From positions 1-64,000 of IMG/VR virus record IMGVR_UViG_3300025000_000078: a stretch of DNA of 64,000 nt; one strand, 5' to 3'. Each line of letters opens with the position of its first letter. The stretch's first letter is position 1. Under the pieces are notes generated by a model that was not told where the DNA came from, ran no database searches, and saw nothing but the letters and a program-made list of their open reading frames with translations. This stretch comes from a virus. Below are positions 53,965 to 63,220 of the stretch, piece by piece. The position numbers and the translations under genes were made by a program.

Positions 53965-54588
53965 ATGCCTAATCGTGTTGGGATATCTTTATTATCCCGT
54001 GAAAATAAAGCATTAGCTTTACCGGAAGAGGTAATGATTCATAAATCTACAGGGCAAATTTTAGTTAAAAATACATCTGGAGATACCATTTCATTTGACT
54101 TTCTAGCACGAATAAAAAATCATATAAATACAACTATTCTCAGATGTTCTAATTTAAATATTGGTGGAAATATATTTATATTAGAATTAGATAATATTGA
54201 ATTACCTAATATGATTGTATATGATGTAAATATTTTATCAGCACCATTAATAATTCATGAAAATAAGGGTTCTGCTAAAACATTAATATCAATTGATTTA
54301 GATTGTGTTGAATTATCTGACATAACAACTTTAACAGGATATGAACCTACTGTATCTATACAATTTATATTTAAAGATAATATTAATCCAGATAAAATAT
54401 TTAATGTACATTATTCTATAACAGATTTAAACAATACTGTTATAAATCATAATGATTTTCTAACTATTAATGAAAATTTAGAAGACTATACTATCTCATT
54501 AAATGGTATTACTATAAGTAACAATATTTTAGATATAGGAGATAAAGTTATAAACATTCTATACAGTATTTTAATTGTAAATGAATAA
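53965..54588 (+). CDS. Putative virion protein
   Basis: AACA-N6-TA at 53926-53937. Confidence 0.55.
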   Translation: MPNRVGISLLSRENKALALPEEVMIHKSTGQILVKNTSGDTISFDFLARIKNHINTTILRCSNLNIGGNIFILELDNIELPNMIVYDVNILSAPLIIHENKGSAKTLISIDLDCVELSDITTLTGYEPTVSIQFIFKDNINPDKIFNVHYSITDLNNTVINHNDFLTINENLEDYTISLNGITISNNILDIGDKVINILYSILIVNE

Positions 54589-54613
54589 AATAAAAAGGAG
54601 TTGAATATAATAT

Positions 54614-54949
54614 ATGCCCCCAATACTTAAACAAATAGGGGTTTTACAAAATATTAATGCTAGTTTAATTGATATTTTAAAAGCATTTGTTTTTGCTGGT
54701 ATTGATGTAAAAGAACACAACCCTAATACTAATTATATGAAAGGTGATTTAATTATTAAAATAAATTCATCAACATTAAAATATGAAGTACTACAGTGTA
54801 AAAATGATAACATTATAGGTGAATTTAATACTATTAATTGGGGTATAGCAGATGTTAATCATAATCTTTCTATAAATAATATTGCTGTTCTTTCAAATGA
54901 ACAACCTACTGATGAAAATAATCAAATTTGGTTCCAACCACTTGTTTAA
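54614..54949 (+). CDS. Putative virion protein
   Basis: 111-aa ORF with RBS. Confidence 0.55.
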   Translation: MPPILKQIGVLQNINASLIDILKAFVFAGIDVKEHNPNTNYMKGDLIIKINSSTLKYEVLQCKNDNIIGEFNTINWGIADVNHNLSINNIAVLSNEQPTDENNQIWFQPLV

Positions 54950-55081
54950 AGAATAAAATAATTTGAAAATATAAAGACTGTTGTTAATAAATTAACAACA
55001 GTCTTTATATTATATTTTTTATATACTAATTAAAAACAATTATATAATAAATTTATTAACAAGGGGGTATTGAATTAAATT

Positions 55082-55615
55082 ATGTTTAATTTTTTTAAAA
55101 AAGAGCCATGTGACCTAATGGAACATATATTTTTTTATAACATTAACTATTGGGTTAATATTGGTATTGACAAAATTCCCATTACCAATCCTATAAAAAA
55201 AAGAGTCGTTAGTAAATTTTTAAAAATTAAATTTTTATCATATGATAGACATCTAAAGCATTTTATTAATAATAAAATAGGTAATAATACAAGAGAGTGT
55301 GATATAGTTGAAATGCAAAATTTATTGATTGAAATCGTCAAAGATTATGAAGATGAAATTAAAAAGAAAGGTATCCCTGAAATATTTATAGAAAAATTTA
55401 AAAAACTTCATGAAAGTAATCTCCAGATAATATTTGATGCAATTGGTTCTATTTGTACAAGTAAATTTTATGATTCATTACAAGAAAAAATGGCAGCTAT
55501 ATTAGATGTATTATTATTTTCATTTAGGGTTACGTTTACAGATGTTGAACAAACTATTAATGAATTAAATGGGGAAATAGAAAGTGTATTAAAAGGTTCT
55601 ATTTTTGATATTTAA
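55082..55615 (+). CDS. Hypothetical protein
   Basis: AACA-N6-TA at 55035-55046. Confidence 0.6.
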   Translation: MFNFFKKEPCDLMEHIFFYNINYWVNIGIDKIPITNPIKKRVVSKFLKIKFLSYDRHLKHFINNKIGNNTRECDIVEMQNLLIEIVKDYEDEIKKKGIPEIFIEKFKKLHESNLQIIFDAIGSICTSKFYDSLQEKMAAILDVLLFSFRVTFTDVEQTINELNGEIESVLKGSIFDI

Positions 55616-55625
55616 AAATTAAACC

Positions 55626-56135
55626 TTGGAGGTTTTTATGGAAAATTTTAGTATTGATGTATTTTTACAGTATGGAGTTCTTGGGATTATAGCTTGGGTT
55701 TTTCTACAAATGGTTAGTAAACTTTTTAACTCCCAATTAGAACAATTTAAAATGTTACTTGATACTATAATTGAAAAAAATGATAAACCAGTAAAAGACA
55801 TTGAAGACAGTATTTCATTAATACAACAGATGATGAATAATCATCAAAAATACCTAATGGAAAATATACATAATTTGACAGATAAGATTAATAGTTCTAT
55901 AAATGAAAAAGACGATATTTGGAAATTATTTATGAATCATGAACAACAAACAATACAACATACACAAGATATCAATGAACGTTTAAATGAATTTAGAATA
56001 CTTTTAAGTAATATTGAAAAAAGATATAATAATAAAATATCATGTGAAAAGTTAGAATTTTTATTAACTGAAAAAACATCATTAACACAATCTAACATAA
56101 GAGATATAATTGATAATGTTAAAAATAATGAATAA
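55626..56135 (+). CDS. Putative holin-like membrane protein
   Basis: N-terminal TM segment FLQYGVLGIIAWVFL followed by coiled coil. Confidence 0.45.
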   Translation: MEVFMENFSIDVFLQYGVLGIIAWVFLQMVSKLFNSQLEQFKMLLDTIIEKNDKPVKDIEDSISLIQQMMNNHQKYLMENIHNLTDKINSSINEKDDIWKLFMNHEQQTIQHTQDINERLNEFRILLSNIEKRYNNKISCEKLEFLLTEKTSLTQSNIRDIIDNVKNNE

Positions 56136-56177
56136 AAAAATATGATAAGATGGATAAAATACCATCTTATCATATTT

Positions 56178-56435
56178 TTATTTTTTAATTAAAATGAGCC
56201 TATTATTTAAAAGTGATTTTTCTTTACAATTTTCAAGATTGTATTGAGTTACAACTAAACTAGTTTTATCTAATAAATGTTGTATTTCATTTGATATATT
56301 TTCATCTGGTATCTCTTTATAATCTAGTGATTTCATACATAAATCATAAATCCTACATTCTTCAGGATGACAACTTTCATCCCATATTAAACAACTTGAC
56401 ATAATAGCTTGTCTTAATTGACCATTTGTAATCAA
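56178..56435 (-). CDS. Small Cys-rich protein
   Basis: SCLIWDESCHPEECRIYDLC. Confidence 0.55.
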   Translation of the reverse strand: MITNGQLRQAIMSSCLIWDESCHPEECRIYDLCMKSLDYKEIPDENISNEIQHLLDKTSLVVTQYNLENCKEKSLLNNRLILIKK

Positions 56436-56465
56436 TTAAACATACCTCCTCTCTTTTATGTAATT

Positions 56466-56681
56466 TTAGTATTTTGAATAAAAATCATTTTTATCCCAAT
56501 ATTTAATAATATCATCTCGATTGTATATTTTTTCACCATCGATTATTTCATAAACATAAGACGTATTATTTTCACTTTCAAAATAAGCTGTTAACATTGC
56601 TTGATTTAAATTGTCACTCTCTATTTCACCTTTAACATAATATCTTTTATATTTAATAGTTATTTTTTTCATAAAAATCAC
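56466..56681 (-). CDS. Hypothetical protein
   Basis: Short ORF with RBS. Confidence 0.5.
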   Translation of the reverse strand: MIFMKKITIKYKRYYVKGEIESDNLNQAMLTAYFESENNTSYVYEIIDGEKIYNRDDIIKYWDKNDFYSKY

Positions 56682-56704
56682 CCCTATAAAAATATTTACT
56701 TTAA

Positions 56705-56979
56705 TTATTTAATACTAGAAATCCATGCCATACTGGAACTTGCTTCTTTAGTATCCCACTCATATCTTACTATAATTATAGAAGTCTTAGTCTTAATTAT
56801 ATAAATTTCAGTATAAAATTCCCAGTATAAATATTCATTAAATCCCTGTTTTTCTTTATGTTTAGTTACTGATAAAACTTCTAAAGGAACATGATTATAT
56901 CTATTTAGAAGTTCTTTTACTTTAGTTGGTAAAAAGTATATTCTTATTTTTTTATATAAATCTTTTAAAAACTTACCAT
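56705..56979 (-). pseudogene. Frameshifted (or non-canonically initiated) gene of about 90 aa
   Basis: AGGAGG RBS then ATG GTA AGT TTT TAA; the -1 frame is open for about 90 codons (FLKDLYKKIRIYFLPTK...). Confidence 0.45.
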
Positions 56980-56982
56980 TTT

Positions 56983-57342
56983 CTAATATTCCTCCTTTAA
57001 ATGTGGATATTCAATATCAAATACATCTTTATTATACAAATCCTTTTTAGCACAATCTTTACAAAAAGGATACTCTTTTTTAGTAACCTTATGTATTAAT
57101 CTTATATCAGTCGCAACTTTACATACAACACATTCTTCAAATAACAAAATATTTTTACTTTCTATTTTTGTTATATCAATTTCTTCCCGACAAGTAAAAT
57201 ATTTAGTATCAAATAAACTAATATGTTTCTCTTTCCCATTTATTAATTTCATACTTAGAATGTGATTAGGTGAATTAAATTCAGTTACTAAAAATGTTTG
57301 TATTAAACCATTTTTCCAATAAATCGTTAACATTTTTCTCAT
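56983..57342 (-). CDS. Hypothetical protein with CxxC...CxxC zinc ribbon
   Basis: CVVC...CKDC. Confidence 0.6.
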   Translation of the reverse strand: MRKMLTIYWKNGLIQTFLVTEFNSPNHILSMKLINGKEKHISLFDTKYFTCREEIDITKIESKNILLFEECVVCKVATDIRLIHKVTKKEYPFCKDCAKKDLYNKDVFDIEYPHLKEEY

Positions 57343-57357
57343 AATTATTTTCTCCTA

Positions 57358-59484
57358 TTATTTCTTAGTATGTTTTAATGACATCTTAGGAATTGTTCTT
57401 AACTTATAATTTTTAACTGCTTCTTCCATAAAATAATTATGGATATTAAACCCGTTATTTACATTATTCTTCAATAAAGAATATTTCCCTTCTTTATCCA
57501 TAATATATGTATTTATATTATCTTTAAAATAATATGTTAATATAGATAAAGCCTTTATTTTTATGTTTTCTTCCTCTAAAGGAATTAAAATTTCTACTCT
57601 TCTATCTAAATTTCTAGTAAGTAAATCAGCACTTGACATATAAATACCTGTATTATGAAAATAATACATACGACTATGTTCTAAATATCTACCTATTATA
57701 CTTCTAATAGTTATATTCTTATTAATAGGTTTCATAGAACAAATTCCTCTACAAATAATATTAATCTTTACTCCATTCTCAGATGCAAAATATAATTTCT
57801 TTATTATATCTTTGTCAGATAAGGAATTTAATTTTAATGTAATACATGTTTTCTTTTTATTTTTAGCTTGTTTAATTTCATTATCTATCAAGTTATGTAT
57901 TTGTTTTCTTAAATTATACGGAGCAAAATATAATTTATTAACTGATGTAGAAGGTTCTGAAAACCCTGATAATATATTAAAAATATATAACAAATCTTCA
58001 CCTATTTTTTGACTAGAAGTAAAATATGATAAATCTGTATAAATTTTACATGTTCTATCATTATAATTACCTGTACCTAAATGAGAATATATTTTTAAAC
58101 CTTTTTTAGTTCTTTTAACAACAACTATAAACTTACAGTGAGTCTTCAATTCGTCTATACCATAAATTAATCTACACCCAGCTAATTTTAATTTCTCTAT
58201 TAGTGATATATTTCTATCCTCATCAAATCTAGCTTTTATTTCTAATAATACACTAACTTGTTTACCATTTTTAGATGCTTTACATAATGCTTCAACTATA
58301 GGTGAATCTATTGATGAAACTCTATATAAAGTTTGTTTAATAGCAACGATATTATCATCAATAGAAGCATGTTCAATAAATTTTACTATTGGATCAAAAC
58401 TTTCATATGGGTGGTGTAATAAAATATCATTACTATCAATAGCTGTAAACATATCGTGTTCACCTATTAATTCTTGTGGATATTGAGATTTAAATTCATC
58501 ATATTGTAAAATCTGATTTTTAATTGGCATATCTATAAGAAATGAATAGTCTAATATGTTTTCACTTTTAAATAAATGACTTTTATTTACTCTAAACATT
58601 TTTACTAATATTTTTATCACTTGTTTAGATAAATTGTTTGTTACTTCCATAAATACTGGCTCACTATTATATTCTCTTAATAAAAGAGTTGATTTCATTC
58701 TATCCACAATATAAATATCTCTATCATGTTCCATTTCAATATTAGCTTCTTTTAGAATCCTCATACATCCTTTATTCAAAATATTTTTATTAACAAATAT
58801 TTTATTTAAAAATGTAAAAATAATATCTTCAAGAAGTATATATTTATCACATTCATCATCATTTTCAACTTTATACAATCTTTCAAGATGTTCTATTGGT
58901 ATTATAGAAATAACTTGAAGATTTGTATTATATTTATCTTCTAATGATACAATTATATTTAGTTGTTTAGATTTAATTGGAGGAAATTCTTTAGTTGTAT
59001 CATATGACATTGGTGTTAAAAGAGGATATATGTTTTTATTAAATAAATTTTCTATATACTCTTTCTCCTTCTTTGTTAAGTTATCATATTTACAAATATG
59101 GATATTATTTTTATTTATATTTTTTAATAAATCTTTATAAGTAATATTTTGTAATACTTGATAATCCTTTATAACATCTAGAACTTTTTCATACTCTTTT
59201 TCATGACTTAATCCAGATATGTCATTATTTTTTTCATTAATAAGATTATTAATTAAAGATGAGAATCGGACCATAATAAAGTCATCTAAATTACTAGAAG
59301 ATATACCTAAAAACTTTAATCTTTCTAATAACGGTATTTCATTTCTAATACTTTGGTGTAAAACTCTTTTGTTAAAATCTAACCAACTTAATTCTCTATT
59401 AATATAAAAATTAGGTTTATTGAAAGAATTGAATTGTTTTATTTCATTATTTAAAAAGGTTGTAAAATTATTATAAATATTCAA
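57358..59484 (-). CDS. ppk1: Polyphosphate kinase 1
   Basis: YINRELSWLDFNKRVL, DILLHHPYESF, IKQTLYR, KARFDE, LKTHCK, HLGTGNYN, GRYLEHSR, SSAD..RNLDRRVE. Confidence 0.95.
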   Translation of the reverse strand: MNIYNNFTTFLNNEIKQFNSFNKPNFYINRELSWLDFNKRVLHQSIRNEIPLLERLKFLGISSSNLDDFIMVRFSSLINNLINEKNNDISGLSHEKEYEKVLDVIKDYQVLQNITYKDLLKNINKNNIHICKYDNLTKKEKEYIENLFNKNIYPLLTPMSYDTTKEFPPIKSKQLNIIVSLEDKYNTNLQVISIIPIEHLERLYKVENDDECDKYILLEDIIFTFLNKIFVNKNILNKGCMRILKEANIEMEHDRDIYIVDRMKSTLLLREYNSEPVFMEVTNNLSKQVIKILVKMFRVNKSHLFKSENILDYSFLIDMPIKNQILQYDEFKSQYPQELIGEHDMFTAIDSNDILLHHPYESFDPIVKFIEHASIDDNIVAIKQTLYRVSSIDSPIVEALCKASKNGKQVSVLLEIKARFDEDRNISLIEKLKLAGCRLIYGIDELKTHCKFIVVVKRTKKGLKIYSHLGTGNYNDRTCKIYTDLSYFTSSQKIGEDLLYIFNILSGFSEPSTSVNKLYFAPYNLRKQIHNLIDNEIKQAKNKKKTCITLKLNSLSDKDIIKKLYFASENGVKINIICRGICSMKPINKNITIRSIIGRYLEHSRMYYFHNTGIYMSSADLLTRNLDRRVEILIPLEEENIKIKALSILTYYFKDNINTYIMDKEGKYSLLKNNVNNGFNIHNYFMEEAVKNYKLRTIPKMSLKHTKK

Positions 59485-59597
59485 ATTAATTACCTCCTAA
59501 TAATTTTATTTATATATTAATACTTCATTGTTATAATATATAAATAAAAAGAAGATAACTAATATTAGTTATCTTCTTTTATAAAATAATCATTTAA

Positions 59598-59975
59598 CTA
59601 TTTTTTATGTATTTCTAGTATGTGGCACCATTTAAAAAATCTATCACCATAATTTGTTGATATATTTACACCTCTCCAAGTAATAGCTTTTACAATACCA
59701 TGACTTAAAATATTATTATATTTATAAATAATTATGTCACCTAAATTTACTTTTTTTCGAATTAAATCACCTCCTCGATCCGTAATATAATCACAATAAA
59801 TGTTTTTAATTATTTCATATTCTGCATATTTTATTAAATCTATTTTGTCTTCTTTTAAATTAATATAAAATTGTTTTGGTATACTTAAATGTGTTTTCTC
59901 ATTAACTTTAACTTTTTCAATCAAATCAGTAAATTTTTCACCATATACAACTTCTATTAATATCAATATAAACAT
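59598..59975 (-). CDS. Hypothetical protein
   Basis: 125-aa ORF. Confidence 0.55.
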   Translation of the reverse strand: MFILILIEVVYGEKFTDLIEKVKVNEKTHLSIPKQFYINLKEDKIDLIKYAEYEIIKNIYCDYITDRGGDLIRKKVNLGDIIIYKYNNILSHGIVKAITWRGVNISTNYGDRFFKWCHILEIHKK

Positions 59976-60020
59976 CCCCCTTATACAAAATTAATCTATT
60001 GTATATAATCAAATAAATTT

Positions 60021-61265
60021 CTAGTTTTCTTCATTAAATCCATATACATCAAACATTAATGTATTTATATACAAGACATTTACATATATTATTAATCTAT
60101 ATGTTGAATATATATTAACATTTTTTGTTATTAAAATCAATGTATTAAAATCAATATCATATTCCCCTATATCTTTATTTAACATTTTATTATCCATCAT
60201 AACAGAAAACTTTAATATTGTTTCTAATGGAACTCCATGGGTTAAACAATATTCAATAGATGTTAATATACTTTTATTTAATACTTGTTTTATATCCATT
60301 AAATCTGGTTGAATATCACTCTCAACTTTATACAAAGGATATGCATATAGAGTCCATCCAGTAGGAATTTGTTCAGTAAATAAATTACTAATTGTAAACA
60401 TAGGTATTATTTGATTTTTATTATCAATTATGGACATATCTGTTTGAGTTATAACTCCTGAACTTTGTGTTACATAGTAATACAATCCTGCACCATTAAA
60501 TTCTGTTGAAATTGTAAATGTTGTTGCATAAGAATCTGAAACCATTCCTTTTTTACTTCCATCATCAATAGTTAAACTAGAAAAAGTTGTATCTATATTA
60601 ACAGGATAAAATCTAAAAAATTCATCATTAGATGAAGCATTTTTTACTTTATATGTCACTGGAAATATAGACACTCCGTTCATATAATCTAAAAAAGTTT
60701 TAACACTTCCATCTGGAGTATATAGTTCAATTCCTATATCTTTAGCTAAAAGTTCCATAAGACCTCTAGGAATATAACTTTCTAAACATGTTTCTAAAAA
60801 AAATGGTTTATCTTGTCTTATCCTATTTTTTAAATAATTAGCTTGATTCAATTGTTGTATCTGTGTATCTGTTATTATTGTTACATCAAAATACATTTTT
60901 ATACGATTTAATAAATACTTTATATACACACCTTTTTTTCTATCTTCAATAAATGGTTGTAAATTACTAAAATCAATATCAAAAAAATTATCTGTAATTC
61001 TAGTAGTTAAGTATGTTCCGTAAAGAAATGTATCACTATCATCTAATTCTATTCTTGGTTTAATTATTAATATAGGTTTATTCTTTTTTATAAATTCTTT
61101 ATTTGAATTTTGAAATATATTAAATTGTTTATAAGCTATAGATGAACTAATATGAATTGTTTTAAAATAATTTGGAGTAAATAAACTTCTAACAAACTCT
61201 GTCATAAAAGAAGTAATATTACCAAAAGTGTGCGCTAATGATGTTTGAGCCATAGCGTATTCCAT
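60021..61265 (-). CDS. Putative virion structural protein
   Basis: 414 aa; AACA-N6-TA at 61294-61305. Confidence 0.55.
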   Translation of the reverse strand: MEYAMAQTSLAHTFGNITSFMTEFVRSLFTPNYFKTIHISSSIAYKQFNIFQNSNKEFIKKNKPILIIKPRIELDDSDTFLYGTYLTTRITDNFFDIDFSNLQPFIEDRKKGVYIKYLLNRIKMYFDVTIITDTQIQQLNQANYLKNRIRQDKPFFLETCLESYIPRGLMELLAKDIGIELYTPDGSVKTFLDYMNGVSIFPVTYKVKNASSNDEFFRFYPVNIDTTFSSLTIDDGSKKGMVSDSYATTFTISTEFNGAGLYYYVTQSSGVITQTDMSIIDNKNQIIPMFTISNLFTEQIPTGWTLYAYPLYKVESDIQPDLMDIKQVLNKSILTSIEYCLTHGVPLETILKFSVMMDNKMLNKDIGEYDIDFNTLILITKNVNIYSTYRLIIYVNVLYINTLMFDVYGFNEEN

Positions 61266-61357
61266 AAATTAACCCCATTTCTTTATAATATATTAACTGA
61301 TTGTTTTTGATAAAAATTAAATGAAAAAAATAAAGGTGAAATAAATCTCACCTTTAT

Positions 61358-61735
61358 TTATCTCAAATTTTTAATATTAAAGTTTTTCTTAATATAATCG
61401 ACTTCTGGTGAAGGTTGGAATTCCCCTTTAGGGATATATATTGCTATCATATCTCTACCATTTGGGTCCTTAGAAGAAATAGTAACAACATACTTCATAT
61501 TAACATCAAAGTTTGTTTTACCATCCTTCTTATAAATAATACTACCGTTTTTGGGTATGATTAATGTTACTTTGTCCCTAACTAATAGATACTTATTAAA
61601 TCTCATAGGGTCATTAGTAACTCTAATTAAATACTGATTATCTATATCAATATTGTTGATTACATGCTCTAATTCATCCTTACTTAATTCGGGTGCCCTT
61701 TTCCCGATTATTCCAATCAGTCGGGCGACCCTCAC
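61358..61735 (-). CDS. Hypothetical protein (start uncertain; possibly ATA at about 61771)
   Basis: Frame is open back to an ATA that follows AAGGAGGAG. Confidence 0.55.
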   Translation of the reverse strand: MRVARLIGIIGKRAPELSKDELEHVINNIDIDNQYLIRVTNDPMRFNKYLLVRDKVTLIIPKNGSIIYKKDGKTNFDVNMKYVVTISSKDPNGRDMIAIYIPKGEFQPSPEVDYIKKNFNIKNLR

Positions 61736-61846
61736 CTCCAGTCGAATCTTCCTAAAGTATCCTCGCTTTATTGGTATCTCCTCCTTAAATTTTTCTTACT
61801 TATTACGCAAATAATATATAAATATAATGTTAGAATATACGATTTT

Positions 61847-63220
61847 TTAGATATTATTAAATTCATATAGACCAATGATTTGATCTTTTAATAGATTAAA
61901 GTCATCATTAAATAAACCATCATTTCTAGAAATAAACATGGATGTCACTGGGTTAAATGTCTTATTGAAGGCTTTTATATGTTTTTTAGACTTCAAGGAT
62001 ATGATATTTAGGATATCTCCGTCAAACCTAGAGTAATGTATTTTCATACATTAGAGACTATATTTTCATCCTATTATAATTTATAATAGGAGCTATGCGC
62101 TTCCCAGCTAACCCACAAATTAGCCAGTACTCCACTTATTCATATTTAATATATTCTATTATATATGAATTTGGGATAGTCGTTATACCTTCTTCTATTA
62201 ATCTATAAAGTTTTTTATAATTTTCATTAATTGCTTTATCATAGATTTCTTTACGTTTATTTTCATCTAAGTAAAACACATAATGTTCCTTTATTTTACA
62301 TGGCATTCGTAAAGCATTTTTTACTTTATCTTTATTCATATCAATAAAATCACCAAATAATTTAGCACTATCACAGATATAAAATTTATCATCTTTGATT
62401 GCTATTATTTTATTAGATTTTTTTCTTTTAGTTTCAGCAGTTTCTTTTAAACCCTTATGAGATTCAGACATCTCTTTCTAACATCATTATTGAATATTCT
62501 TCTTTTATCTAAATTTGAATTGTATCCTTTATTATAGTCAAGTGAATCATATTCTTTTATATAATTGATTTCTTTTTCAGATAATTCAATTTCACTAAAA
62601 CAATATTCAAGAATCTCATATTCAAAGTTTTCAAACCCATATTCTTCAATAGCTCGGGCTATTGGATAATTGGCCTCTTTCCAACTATTTCTATGCTTAC
62701 TTATTCTTTTTCTAAAATTAGTGGTTCGTCCAATATAGATTTTATCATTAATCTTATTTCTTAAAAGATAGACCACACCATATGGTTTAATTTTAATATC
62801 TATTGTTAACAATTTTATAACCTCCTTTCTTTTATGTTGTTTTAGCAATTAAATTATAGATTATAGATTAATAGAAGCTTGGCACGGTATTACCTGCTAT
62901 CCATATTCCAGGACCGTAGGTTCTCTTAGAAAGTGTATTCGCTTATGGACATGTCACATAGACAAGGCTTGTAATTGTCATACAAGCAATCTTATTTAAC
63001 TTTTACCGTTAGCAAGTAATAATAAAATATTACTTACACCGCTTGTTAGGCGTTCACATAGAACTCGCTATATCATTACTGATACGCCGGACCTCGACTT
63101 AGATTGATCCGCATTTAAAACCTTCAATATTTGTATGGGTAAACTCATTGTATATTCATCAGTAATACTATTTTTAATATCAACTATCTTCATTAAAAGC
63201 ATACTTCCGAAATTAATTGT
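61847..63220 (-). CDS. rpoC: RNA polymerase beta' N-terminal-half subunit, last two exons (63220-63107 and 62026-61847); 5' part outside window
   Basis: Exon TINFGSM...LKVLNAD joins FDGDILN to give catalytic NADFDGD; the gene ends about 55 aa later, as in split jumbo-phage beta' subunits. Confidence 0.92.
62027..63106 (-). mobile_element. Group I intron inside NADFDGD, with GIY-YIG ORF; core differs from the other introns
   Basis: P1 CGGAU/GUCCG; AATACCGTG, TATAACGACTA, AAAATATAGTCT; terminal G at 62027. Confidence 0.88.
62136..62848 (-). pseudogene. GIY-YIG homing endonuclease split by a 1-nt frameshift (62447-62848 plus 62136-62471)
   Basis: GVVYLLRNKINDKIYIGRT catalytic domain; NUMOD3-like MSESHKG...ETKRKKS in the overlapping frame. 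Confidence 0.75.
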
